From contig NC_068984.1 in the NCBI RefSeq assembly GCF_001194135.2, forward strand, positions 26,279,059 to 26,343,058: a DNA stretch of 64,000 nucleotides. The letters are read 5' to 3'. This document shows, piece after piece, positions 12,214 through 23,480 of the stretch. The stretch is from Octopus bimaculoides. Its lineage: Eukaryota. Numbering within the stretch: the stretch's first letter is position 1; each line of letters starts with the position of its first letter. The position numbers were made by a program, and so were the translations under genes. The notes beneath the pieces were generated by a model that was not told where the DNA came from, made no database searches, and saw only the letters and a program-made list of their open reading frames with translations.

Positions 12214-12480
12214 GAAGTAGAAGAAGAAGAAAAAGAAGAAGCAAAAGAAAAAAAGAATTGCAAGGAGGAGTAAAAGAAAAAAAATGGAGGGAAACAAAGG
12301 GAGGAGTTAAACGTGTAGAAAAGAGAGAAGGAAGAAAACGAAGAAAGAGGGAACTTAAGAAACAAGAGAAAGGAAGAGAACGGGAGAGAGAGAGAGAGAG
12401 AGGGTGGGGAGAGAGTGAGAGAGTGAGAGAGAGAGAGAGAGAGATGGAAAGTGATAAGAGAAAGGGGGGAAAAAAATAAA
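11676..12480 (+). repeat. G-tract plus ~0.8-kb purine-rich (GAA)n / (GA)n array with recurrent GCAGTAGGAGGA interruptions
   Basis: Directly visible; GCAGTAGGAGGA occurs four times near 11911, 12019, 12064 and 12127. Confidence 0.95.
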
Positions 12481-13414
12481 TATCAATCAAAAACAAAAAG
12501 AAACTTGGTAAATAAAGAATCAGAGAAAGAAACCAAAAAAATAAACGTGGGAGTTATGAAAGTTGGAGCAAATGAACAGCAGTTGAGGGTAAAAATATAT
12601 AGAAGTGNNNNNNNNNNNNNNNNNNNNNNNNNNNNNNNNNNNNNNNNNNNNNNNNNNNNNNNNNNNNNNNNNNNNNNNNNNNNNNNNNNNNNNNNNNNNN
12701 NNNNNNNNNNNNNNNNNNNNNNNNNNNNNNNNNNNNNNNNNNNNNNNNNNNNNNNNNNNNNNNNNNNNNNNNNNNNNNNNNNNNNNNNNNNNNNNNNNNN
12801 NNNNNNNNNNNNNNNNNNNNNNNNNNNNNNNNNNNNNNNNNNNNNNNNNNNNNNNNNNNNNNNNNNNNNNNNNNNNNNNNNNNNNNNNNNNNNNNNNNNN
12901 NNNNNNNNNNNNNNNNNNNNNNNNNNNNNNNNNNNNNNNNNNNNNNNNNNNNNNNNNNNNNNNNNNNNNNNNNNNNNNNNNNNNNNNNNNNNNNNNNNNN
13001 NNNNNNNNNNNNNNNNNNNNNNNNNNNNNNNNNNNNNNNNNNNNNNNNNNNNNNNNNNNNNNNNNNNNNNNNNNNNNNNNNNNNNNNNNNNNNNNNNNNN
13101 NNNNNNNNNNNNNNNNNNNNNNNNNNNNNNNNNNNNNNNNNNNNNNNNNNNNNNNNNNNNNNNNNNNNNNNNNNNNNNNNNNNNNNNNNNNNNNNNNNNN
13201 NNNNNNNNNNNNNNNNNNNNNNNNNNNNNNNNNNNNNNNNNNNNNNNNNNNNNNNNNNNNNNNNNNNNNNNNNNNNNNNNNNNNNNNNNNNNNNNNNNNN
13301 NNNNNNNNNNNNNNNNNNNNNNNNNNNNNNNNNNNNNNNNNNNNNNNNNNNNNNNNNNNNNNNNNNNNNNNNNNNNNNNNNNNNNNNNNNNNNNNNNNNN
13401 NNNNNNNNNNNNNN

Positions 13415-13630
13415 TGTATGTGTGTTTGTGTATCTGTGTTTGTCACCCCAACATCGCTTGACAACCGATGCTGGCGTGTTTACGTCCCCGTAGCTTAGCG
13501 GTTCGGCAAAAAGAGACCGATAGAATAAGTACTAGGCTTACAAAGAATAAGTCCTGGGCCGATTTTCTCGACTAAAGGCGGTGCTCCAGCATGGTCGCAG
13601 TCAAATGACTGAAACAAGTAAAAGAGTAAT
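13415..13630 (+). mobile_element. SINE family K (microsatellite-containing tRNA SINE), 3' half
   Basis: GCTTGACAACCGATGCTGG...GATAGAATAAGTACTAGGCTTACAAAGAATAAGTCC...ACTGAAACAAGTAAAAGAG; shared with 20103, 23238, 14833, 26495. Confidence 0.85.
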
Positions 13631-13828
13631 ATATATATATATATATATATATAAATACATATACATATATATATATATATATTTGTGTATATATATATGT
13701 GTGTAAATACATATATATGTGTATGTACATATATATATATATATATGAGATAATATAAATACATACATAAATATATATGTATATGTATATATACATGTGT
13801 GTGTATATGTTACACACACACACACACG

Positions 13829-13873
<45 letters not shown>

Positions 13874-13980
13874 AGGCGCATGGCTCAGTGGTTAGAGCGT
13901 CGGGCTCACAATCATGAGGTAGTGAGTTCAATTCCCGGATCGGGCTGTGTGTTTTGTTCTTGAGCAAGACACTTTATACA
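13874..13980 (+). mobile_element. SINE family M (tRNA head + Meta/V-like domains), 5' part only
   Basis: GGCGCATGGCTCAGTGGTTAG...GAGTTCAATTCCC...TTCTTGAGCAAGACACTTTA; ends where the inverted-repeat element starts. Confidence 0.75.
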
Positions 13981-13988
13981 CGAGTTAC

Positions 13989-14289
13989 CGAATGGAATAG
14001 ATAAGATTCGTGTTACATATGTTTCATAACGAGAGGAACCTCGGAAGTAGTAAATATCTAAGCGAGGTGTGTACCGCAGGCTACTCGTCAGGCCAAGGTA
14101 TCTCACACTCTGACCGAATCTTCCATGTGTTAACGTGTACCTCCTTGCAACAATGTAAACTTTCATTTCATTAAGATTCCTTTAGCCTGGCGAGTAGCCT
14201 GCGATATACACCTCGTTTGGATATCTACCACTTCCGAGGTTCCGCTTGCTATGAAACATATATAACCCTGATCTTATCTACTCCATTCC
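13989..14289. mobile_element. Non-autonomous TIR element (MITE), possibly Kolobok-type
   Basis: ~110-bp imperfect inverted arms (13990-14098 / 14179-14288), 80-bp spacer; flanks TTAC / TTAA, intact end reads TTAA|GGAATGG. Confidence 0.7.
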
Positions 14290-14302
14290 TTAAGTTTTGT
14301 AA

Positions 14303-14533
14303 TCTTATTTCTTTACTGCCCACAAGGGGTTGCACACAGAGAGGACAAACAAGGACAGACAAACGGATTAAGTCGATTACATCGACCCCAGTGCGTAACT
14401 GGTACTTATTTAATCGATCCCGAAAGGATGAAAGGCAAAGTCGACCTCGGCGGAATTTGAACTCAGAACGTAGCGGCAGACGAAATACCGCTAAGCATTT
14501 CGCCTGCCGTGCTAGCGTTTCTGCCAGCTCGCC
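14303..14533 (-). mobile_element. SINE family N, full length, long-tail variant
   Basis: Reverse complement of GGCGAGCTGGCAGAAACGCTAGCACGG...TTTGCCTTTCATCCTTTCGGGATCG...GTGGGCAGTAAAGAAAT. Confidence 0.9.
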
Positions 14534-14688
14534 TTAACTCTTGTAATCTTATTCGCATACCCGGCAACCCTGGTCGCCTACCGTGAAATATCGAAAAAAG
14601 TTTTTCCAGCTTATTATACTTCCATACAAAACGATCCACAGCCTTCCGCCTCATTAAACCACTCTTGTTCCTACGCCTCGATCCTTGA

Positions 14689-14732
<44 letters not shown>

Positions 14733-14832
14733 NNNNNNNNNNNNNNNNNNNNNNNNNNNNNNNNNNNNNNNNNNNNNNNNNNNNNNNNNNNNNNNNNNNN
14801 NNNNNNNNNNNNNNNNNNNNNNNNNNNNNNNN

Positions 14833-15017
14833 CTTTTACTTGTTTCAGTCATTTGACTGCAGCCATGCTGGAGCACTACTTTAAGGGGTTTTCGTTGAAC
14901 ATATCGACCCTAAGACTTATTCTTTCTAAGTCAAGTTCTTATTCTAACGGGCTCTTTTGCTGAACCGTTAAGTTACGGGAACATAAACACACCAACGCCC
15001 TTTGTCAAGGACACAAA

Positions 15018-15050
<33 letters not shown>

Positions 15051-15200
15051 GTACACACACATACACACACGCAAACACACACACATATTCACTCGCAAGA
15101 CTTCGTTCGGCCCGAGGCTATAGTAGAAGACACTAGCTCAAGGTGCCACGTAGTGGTTTGGAAGCAAGTTTCTTATCACACAGCCACGCCTGCGCCCTAC
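14833..15200 (-). mobile_element. SINE family K
   Basis: 3' end TTTTACTTGTTTCAGTCATTTGACTGC, internal (CA)n, head region GGTGCCACGTAGTGG...CACACAGCCACGCC. Confidence 0.8.
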
Positions 15201-15392
15201 AGCCACGCCTGCGCCCTACGGCCACGCCATATACGACGGGCTTCATTCAGTTTCCGTCTATCGGCATTGTCTGGATAATATTGGTGGAATATTTTCTACA
15301 CTGTATAAATAATATAGCGCTCACGGCAGAGTTCGAAAGAAGAGTTTCAGCTTTGTGGGGCGAGCCTTGTAATTAAGGCTTGTCATGTCATT

Positions 15393-15436
<44 letters not shown>

Positions 15437-15866
15437 CAAGTAATAAAATGGCAAGGGTAAGTCACTATTTACTCCCGCCCAAATATAATACTCAATTGCG
15501 AGATTGCCATGCAATTTCTAGCACTTGGCTATGAATAATTGGGTACACTACCAGCAGGATATTGGATAAGTACTATCCCTTAGTTNNNNNNNNNNNNNNN
15601 NNNNNNNNNNNNNNNNNNNNNNNNNNNNNNNNNNNNNNNNNNNNNNNNNNNNNNNNNNNNNNNNNNNNNNNNNNNNNNNNNNNNNNNNNNNNNNNNNNNN
15701 NNNNNNNNNNNNNNNNNNNNNNNNNNNNNNNNNNNNNNNNNNNNNNNNNNNNNNNNNNNNNNNNNNNNNNNNNNNNNNNNNNNNNNNNNNNNNNNNNNNN
15801 NNNNNNNNNNNNNNNNNNNNNNNNNNNNNNNNNNNNNNNNNNNNNNNNNNNNNNNNNNNNNNNNNN

Positions 15867-15902
<36 letters not shown>

Positions 15903-15965
15903 ATATATAAATTTATATTTGCATATGTAATTTTGTTTTTCGCAGAATCGATAGCACAACCGACG

Positions 15966-16110
15966 AAATGCTAGTAGTATTTCGTCCGTATTTACGATCT
16001 GAGTTCAAATTTCACCGAGGTCGAAAGAATAAGCACCAGTCGTATACTGGGGCCAACGTAATCGACTTATCCCCTCACCCGAAATTGCGGGCCTTCTGCA
16101 AAAATTTGAA
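15966..16110 (+). mobile_element. SINE family N, partial
   Basis: CTGAGTTCAAATTTCACCGAGGTCG...AATCGACTTATCCCCTC. Confidence 0.7.
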
Positions 16111-16263
16111 ATCATCATCGTCATCGTCATCGTCATCGTCATCATCATCATCAAAATCATTGTTATTAATTATTATTATTTATTATTATTATTATTAATT
16201 GTTGTTGTTGTTGTTGTTGTTATTATTATTATTATTATAATAATAATAATAATAATAATAATA

Positions 16264-16295
<32 letters not shown>

Positions 16296-16296
<1 letters not shown>

Positions 16297-16728
16297 TTCT
16301 CTTTATCACAGGCTTTGTTGGAGCTCCTGGTGTCTTACATGCGTGGTGGGCTTACTACCTGCAGCCTACGGTACCATGCTATTTGCTCTTTTCTGCTATC
16401 TAATACTTTCCTGATTATTCTGGTCGTGCCAACGGGACAAATCTTTTGTAACAGTTCTACTGGGAACTCTATTCCAATTTCCTTTATATTCCTCTTAATG
16501 CCTTCTGATACTGTTCCCAAGGACCCAACACTAATTGGCACTATCTTCATCTTCTTCATTTTCCATAGTCGGGCTATTTCGTACTTCAGAGGGTTGTATC
16601 TATTTATCTTTTCGCCTTCCTTCTTGACTATTCGCAGGTCAAAGGGGCATGTAACGTCAACTCTATAGCATATGTGGTGCACCTTGTCCACCACCACTAG
16701 GTCCAGTCTGTTATGCTCTAGCACCTGA
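16296..16728 (-). mobile_element. RLE-type non-LTR retrotransposon (R4/Dong-like) 3' fragment, family A
   Basis: EHNRLDLVVVDK...VDVTCPFD...KEGEKINRYNPLKYEIARLW...VPISVGSLG...GTTRIIRKVL, the PD-(D/E)xK restriction-like endonuclease pattern; flanked by (ATT)n. Confidence 0.9.
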
Positions 16729-16764
16729 TTATTATTATTATCATTATTATTATTATTATCATTG

Positions 16765-16955
16765 TTCAATAGTTTTATTTTTATAACGTGCTTTCACTTC
16801 ACTACCGAGCGCTGCTCTGTGTGCCTTGGATATGTGCTGTGGTTTGATGTGATGCTCTTATGGTTACTGTATTGAAAGTGTTTTGCGTAGGATGTGTGCA
16901 GTGCCCAGTAGTGCAATTTTCTGTATGTTATATATATTTGTAAGTCCTGGTGTTT
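16765..16955 (-). mobile_element. RLE-type LINE 3' end, family B
   Basis: TPGLTNIYNIQKIALLGTAHILRKTLSIQ* plus 3' UTR; flanked by (ATT)n. Confidence 0.85.
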
Positions 16956-16977
16956 TTGTTATGTATTTGTCTGAATA

Positions 16978-17038
<61 letters not shown>

Positions 17039-17603
17039 GTTCAGTAGTTTTATTTTTATAACGTGTTTTCACTTCACTACCGAGCGCAGCTCTGTGCGCC
17101 TTGGGTATGTGCTNNNNNNNNNNNNNNNNNNNNNNNNNNNNNNNNNNNNNNNNNNNNNNNNNNNNNNNNNNNNNNNNNNNNNNNNNNNNNNNNNNNNNNN
17201 NNNNNNNNNNNNNNNNNNNNNNNNNNNNNNNNNNNNNNNNNNNNNNNNNNNNNNNNNNNNNNNNNNNNNNNNNNNNNNNNNNNNNNNNNNNNNNNNNNNN
17301 NNNNNNNNNNNNNNNNNNNNNNNNNNNNNNNNNNNNNNNNNNNNNNNNNNNNNNNNNGCACCTACTATGATAGGAATTGTTTCTGTTTTTAGATTCCACA
17401 TTCGAGTTACCTCTATTTCCAGGTCTTTGTATTTTGAAAGTTTTTTCCATTTCTTTTAGGGAAACGTTGTCATCTGCTGGTATTGATACATCAAGTCGAA
17501 AGCATTTTTTTTCTTCATGATCTTTGACAACTATATCTGGTCTATTGGCCTTAATTTCTCTATCTGTGTGTATTGGCATATCCCAGAGTATGGTTGCTTT
17601 CTC

Positions 17604-17605
<2 letters not shown>
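17039..17605 (-). mobile_element. RLE-type LINE 3' fragment, family B (gap 17114-17357)
   Basis: ILWDMPIHTDREIKANRPDIVVKD...LDVSIPADDNVSLKEMEK / SKYKDLEIEVTRMWNLK; same 3' UTR as 16765. Confidence 0.9.
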
Positions 17606-17663
<58 letters not shown>

Positions 17664-17755
17664 ATTATTATTATTATTGTTGTTGTTGTTGTTGTTTATG
17701 GTTTCCTTTCATTATAACTCTATTTCAGCTGCCTTAGTACCGCCAAATATATTGA

Positions 17756-18974
17756 CGAGGGTGGACTGAAAAGTTCATAGGCTTACAGTGAAGGAATGAT
17801 GCTAGAGCTGTGAAATCTTACATGCATTAATTTCAGCTCTTCTTATTAATAACTGCATTATTTCTTTCCAGGTAAACTGACATCTAACTCAAAAGTAACT
17901 AGTAGCGACTTCTCTTGAAAGTGGACAAAATCTGGCATCGGGGTGTTATCAAGTACCGGCATAAAAAAGGGTTTAGCCCCCAAGGACATTCATGCTGACA
18001 TAATTGTTACATTAAGGGAAGATGCTCTAGCTTTATCAACTGTGCAAAAGTGGGCAGCTGAATTTAGAAGATGTCTGAACGTCTTGCTACTGCCACTACC
18101 GAGGAAAACGTTGATCGTGTTCACTACATGGTGATGGATGACTGGCAACTGACTATAAATCGAACAGCCAATGCTATTAGTATATCACATGAGAGAGTTG
18201 AGAATATTCTCTACAATGAACTTGGTATGACGACAGTTTCTGCTTGGTAGTTATACGTCTTCTGACACGTGACCAAAAGCGTACTAGGCTGATCACATCA
18301 CGGGAAAGTCTGACATTGTTTCGGGAAGATCAAGGTGTTTTTTTTAACGTTTCCTAACCTGAGATCAGTGTTAGGTTCATCATTTTGGGCCAAAGACAAA
18401 GGGACAATCCATGCAGGGGAAACACCACTTCTCACCCACTCCAAAGAAGATCAAGGTTGTTTCATCTGCAGAGAAGGTGATAGCCTCAGATTTTTGGGAT
18501 GCGAAAGGCGTATTTATTGGCTTTCTTCAAAAGGGCCGCACCATCAATGGAAAGTATGGTGTCAACTTACTGAGGCAGTTACGAAAAGCTATCAAGACCA
18601 AACGGCCAGGAAAACTGACTAAAGGGGGTCTAGTTTCATCAGGACAATGCACCAGCACTCAAGTCCTTATGCGTGACTGTGGTTTGGAACGACTTGATCA
18701 TTCTCCTTATTCTCCTGATTTGGCCCCATCTGACTATCATCTGTTTCCCAACATGAAAAAATACTTGGCTGTAAACCAGCATGGCAGTGATAATGACGTC
18801 ATATCTGTTAATTACTTTTTTGAGCAACAAGATGAAAATTTCTTCACTAATGGGATCCAAGCGCTGCAACATCGATAGAAGACGTTTATGGACCGCAAAG
18901 GGGATTATGTTGAACAATAAAGTTCATTTGGGGAATTTCCATGGTCAGCCTATGAACTGTTCAACCGACTCTCG
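17756..18974 (+). mobile_element. Mariner DNA transposon, near full length (1219 bp), non-autonomous relic
   Basis: TIRs CGAGGGTGGACTGAAAAGTTCATAGGCT / AGCCTATGAACTGTTCAACCGACTCTCG; TA follows the right end, GA precedes the left end. Confidence 0.92.
17921..18920 (+). pseudogene. Mariner transposase pseudogene (stops, frameshifts, deletions)
   Basis: STVQKWAAEFRR, KVIASDFWDAKG, GRTINGKY, HQDNAPA, HSPYSPDLAPSDYHLFPNMKK, GDYVE motifs across frames. Confidence 0.9.
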
Positions 18975-19569
18975 TATAGTTGCATACATGTTGGTTTTCA
19001 TATGTATAGATGGTTATATTATGAGTGTAGGTTTCTTTCTTGGTTTTATAATGTTTGCCTGTTTGTATAGGCGTGTTAGTCAGTATTTGTTTGTATAAAT
19101 GCTAGTGGGTATGCATCTAAATATGTGTGCGTGTGATATGTTAATTGGGAGTTACTATTGTAAAGCAATTTTAAGAATAACAACGAAACATTTACTGTTG
19201 AAAAGAATAGGTATATGTCTGCATGAACATATGTATATGAGTGAGTGAAGTGAGTAGTTCTAGGTGTATGTATACGCGGATGTGTATGTAAGAGCTATCC
19301 AGTGTTGCAATAGGCGGAAGAATACAGTGAATTAGAGTGGGTTGTGGGGTTTTTCTGCTCGCTGCTACTTCATAGTGCAGACAATGTACCATTACACCTT
19401 TTCCTCGCCCTCCCTACAGTTGTTCTCATTATTAATCATAAGTGTAAACAACTAAGTTCGTAGGAGGGCTAGAATGAAAAGAAAGTGGGCTGAAGAAAAG
19501 GGAAAATGAGAAGAAAGAGTGATAAAAATAGAATTAAAAATATGTTGAAGAAGACAAAGAATACAAAGT

Positions 19570-19570
19570 A

Positions 19571-19610
<40 letters not shown>

Positions 19611-19658
19611 GTAGTGGTAGTGTTAGTATTGACGCTACTGGTCGTTATGGTGAGGGTG

Positions 19659-19710
<52 letters not shown>

Positions 19711-19745
19711 CAATAATAATAATAATAATAATGATAATAATAATG
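19570..19745. repeat. (GAT)n / (AAT)n microsatellites
   Basis: Directly visible. Confidence 0.95.
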
Positions 19746-19834
19746 AGGAGAAAGAGGAGGAAGTGGAGGAGAAGGTGATCAAGGTATTGCTTATGATGGT
19801 GTTTTTTCTTTTTCTTTTTCTTTTTTTTTTTCTT

Positions 19835-19942
19835 GGCACAAGGCGAGTAAATTTGAGCTGAGCGGAACAAGTCGATTACATCGATCTCAGTGCTTGGCGG
19901 GTGCTTTATTTTATCAACTCTGAAAAGATGAAAGGCAAAGTT
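19835..19942 (-). mobile_element. SINE family N, truncated by gap
   Basis: AAGTCGATTACATCGATCTCAGTGC...GATGAAAGGCAAAG. Confidence 0.75.
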
Positions 19943-20059
19943 NNNNNNNNNNNNNNNNNNNNNNNNNNNNNNNNNNNNNNNNNNNNNNNNNNNNNNNNNN
20001 NNNNNNNNNNNNNNNNNNNNNNNNNNNNNNNNNNNNNNNNNNNNNNNNNNNNNNNNNNN

Positions 20060-20093
<34 letters not shown>

Positions 20094-20102
20094 TTTTGTT
20101 TT

Positions 20103-20426
20103 TTGGTTCCGGGTTCATTCACACTGCGTGACACCTTGGGCAAATGTCTTCTACTATAGCCTCGGGCCGACCAAAGACTTGTGAGTGGATTTGGTAGACG
20201 GAAACTGAAAGAAGCCCGTCGTATATATGTATATATATATATATACATGTATGTGCGTGTGTATATGTCTGTGTGTCTGTGTTTGTCCCCACAACATCGC
20301 TTGACAACCGATGCTAGTGTGTTTACGTCCCCGTAACTTAGCGGTTCAGCAAAAGAAACCGATAGAATAAGTACTAGGCTTCCACAGAATAAGTCCTGGG
20401 GTCGATTTGCTCGACTAAAGGCGGTA
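20103..20426 (+). mobile_element. SINE family K
   Basis: CACCTTGGGCAAATGTCTTCTACTATAGCC...(TA/TG)n...GATAGAATAAGTACTAGGC...GACTAAAGGCGG. Confidence 0.9.
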
Positions 20427-20552
20427 ATAAACAAATTTTTTTCAAGAAAATTTAAGAAACCTTCAGGAGTAAAGGCAAAGCATGCCCAAATCAAATGATA
20501 TAATATTAAAACATATACTATCAAATGTAATATTGATTTAAAAATTTTATAA

Positions 20553-20737
20553 CAAGGTCTGAAATTTTGGGGCAAAGGTTAAGTCGGGTACATCGATTCC
20601 AGTGATAATTATTTTAGCGATCCCGAAAGGATGAAAAGCATAGTTGACATTAACGGAATTTGAACTCAGAACATTCAGGTGGATCAAAATGTCACTGAGT
20701 ATTTCACTCAGTGCGTTACCGATTTTGCCAGCTCGCC
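20553..20737 (-). mobile_element. SINE family N
   Basis: GATCCCGAAAGGATGAAAAGC...GGAATTTGAACTCAGAAC...GCCAGCTCGCC. Confidence 0.8.
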
Positions 20738-21300
20738 ATCTTACTACTAAATGTAATATTAAAAACATAAACACGTACAGATGGCCATGATTTGGCCACA
20801 ACAATCTGGGAAATCTCACCCTACTGTCTTGAAAAATGTACACTTTGGATAATGTTCTCCCAGGTATTCTGTACATAGGAAAAAGACGGAATGGTCACAG
20901 TTGAAATGCCTTTGATCATAAATCTGCTTTATCATGAGCTGAGACAAAGAAACAACAGCATTGAACGATGGAGTAGTTTGGTGACAATTACTATGACTTT
21001 GTTCGTGAAGGACTGGTTCATCAATGACTCAAGCATCATCACCAAGATAATCTCTATCGTTACTACAACCACATCCATCAACCATCAACCATCAACCATC
21101 AACTACCTCTATATCACACAACCGACACTATCACCATCATCATCACTACCATCACCACCATCGCCACCATCACCATCACCATCATCACTATGGCTATAAT
21201 TATCAGCCACCTCCCTAACCACCACCACCACCACCACCACTACCACCACATACACACACACACACACGCATACACGCCTACGTAAATATGTGTGTTATTT

Positions 21301-21432
21301 TTTACTACCCACAAGGGGCTACACACAGAGGGGACAAACAAGGACAGACAAACGGATTAAGTCGATTATATCGACCCCAGTGCGTAACTGGTACTTATTT
21401 AATCGACCCCGAAAGGATGAAAGGCAAAATCG
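21301..21432 (-). mobile_element. SINE family N, 3' part
   Basis: CCCACAAGGGGCTACACACAGAGGGGACAAACAAGGACAG...CCCCGAAAGGATGAAAGGCAAA. Confidence 0.85.
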
Positions 21433-22372
21433 ATATATATAGATACTGTGGCAGTAGCTGGAAATAAGTTTTAATAGGAAGAGTGAGATTTTCGTCACTA
21501 TACATTGTCGACTAGTTTGGTGACTGAAATAACCCTCAATAAGATCGTTACTCACAAGTGAATATTACTTGGTAGTGTATACTATGCTTTCGCTCACTTT
21601 TTATGATGCCCATGTAGCTGCGAGAAAAGACAGATCCTCTTGATCTTCAACCTGAATCTAACGGACGATCCAGGATGTGACAGTTGGCGGGAGAAAGAGC
21701 AGCAGTAGTACTAGACTGTTGCACTGCACTAAACTCATTTTTTTTTCAGTTGAGTCTAATGTGCATATTTACAATGATATATAAGATAAATAGGTAATTT
21801 ATTGAAATTACCTTCGCTTCCGCAACGAGGAGACCAATGGCTTAGTGAAGATTATACCAAATCCAAATGACTAGGGAAGATAATCTTAAAAATCACGAAT
21901 TCTCAATAATTGACATACCATTGAAGACAGTTTGATTGTCTGAAGACGAGAGGTCAGCTGTGGACATGTGTTTTTGCCTCGATTGGTGTCATCAAAACAG
22001 CAATTTTTCAACTTTACGTTCATCAGATAAAACAATTAGACATATACACAAACGAACAGAATACATTCATGGCCGAGGTAATTTACATAAAGGAAACGAA
22101 AATGTGCTATATACACACAAACACACATATCTATGTGTATAGTGTGTATATGTATGTGTAAGTATGTTTTTCTATGTATATGTATACATACATATATATA
22201 TATATATATTTAAATGGCGGGATACAAGTGTGTTTAACCGATATGCTCGTATGCCACATTAATATCAATGTATCTCATTTCTTTCACCTCCTTTCTCAAA
22301 CAGGCATTGTGATGATGGTTAAATGCCTAAACGGGCGTCAAAGTTCCATTAGTGTTGCACTTTACATTTGTG

Positions 22373-22427
<55 letters not shown>

Positions 22428-22775
22428 GTAGTAGTAGTAGTAGTAGTAGTAGTAGCAGTAGTAATAGTAGTCTCAGTACCATGTGAGATATTCCACTGCT
22501 ACAGAGAAAAAAAAAATGTCAATACATAATATGCAACACATTCTTTCATGACAACATATTGTTTGAAATTAGAGATCACATGTTCACCAACCGAAGAAAC
22601 GCTATATCAATTCTAGCTGGTATCTTTGTCAGCACTTATATAGCCGACGATAATTCTTTTACAGTGAGTCAAAAAAAAATATTTCTAGTACATATATCTA
22701 TGAACTCATACATCGTATGGATGATTTCATGTGTATGTGTGTGTATGTATGTACTCAAGGTACATATATTTATAT

Positions 22776-22778
<3 letters not shown>

Positions 22779-22867
<89 letters not shown>
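22779..22867. repeat. (CA)n microsatellite
   Basis: Directly visible. Confidence 0.98.
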
Positions 22868-22869
<2 letters not shown>

Positions 22870-22870
22870 A

Positions 22871-23196
22871 GAGGCGTGGCTGTGTGGTAAGAAGCTTGCT
22901 TACCAACCACATAGTTCCAAGTTCAGTCCTACTGCGTGGCACCTTCGGCAAATGTCTTCTACTATAGCTGTGGCCAAACAAAGCCTTGTGAGTAGTTTTG
23001 GTAGATGGAAACTGAAAGGAGCCCATCGTATTATGATTGACCGTTGACTGGACACTATTCAATTTTTTTTCTCCGTGTTTTTCTCCTTGTCTCCGTATTC
23101 TTTCTGTTGAAGAGCGTAGCTCGAAACGTCAAAGACTTTCCGTATTCCCGAGCGTCATACTAATACATCCTTTTGTTATTTACACCNNNNNNNNNN

Positions 23197-23237
<41 letters not shown>

Positions 23238-23480
23238 TATGAGTGTGCGTTTGTGTGTCTTTCTGCTTGTGTTTGTCCGCTACCACCGCTTGACAACTGT
23301 CGTTGGTGTGTTTAATCCCCCGTAACTTAGCGGTTCAACAAAGAGATCGATAGAATAAGTACCAGGCTGAAAAAATAAAAACATGAAAATGTACTGGGGT
23401 CGATTCATTAAACTAAAAATGCTTCAAAGTGGTGTCCCAGCATGGTCGCAGTCTAAAGACTGAAACATGTGAGAGATACA
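22871..23480 (+). mobile_element. SINE family K split by a Penelope-like insert and a gap (5' half 22871-23030, 3' half ~23238-23480)
   Basis: Head GGCGTGGCTGTGTGGTAAGAAGCTTGC; 3' half GCTTGACAAC...GACTGAAACATG resumes after the insert. Confidence 0.8.
23035..23186 (+). mobile_element. Penelope-like terminal-repeat fragment with partial hammerhead core
   Basis: Pyrimidine tract then TTGAAGAGC gta GCTC GAAAC GTC aaa GAC at 23107-23136; inserted between the two halves of a SINE; truncated by a gap. Confidence 0.5.

Noticed and set aside
10865-13498. Very long ORFs (200-470 aa), also at 39985-43367 and 61203-61891
   Set aside because: Made of N gaps and simple repeats; not coding.
15180-15230. 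20-bp unit CAGCCACGCCTGCGCCCTAC repeated ~2.5 times
   Set aside because: Slippage at the head of a SINE; short and spacer-less, not CRISPR-like.
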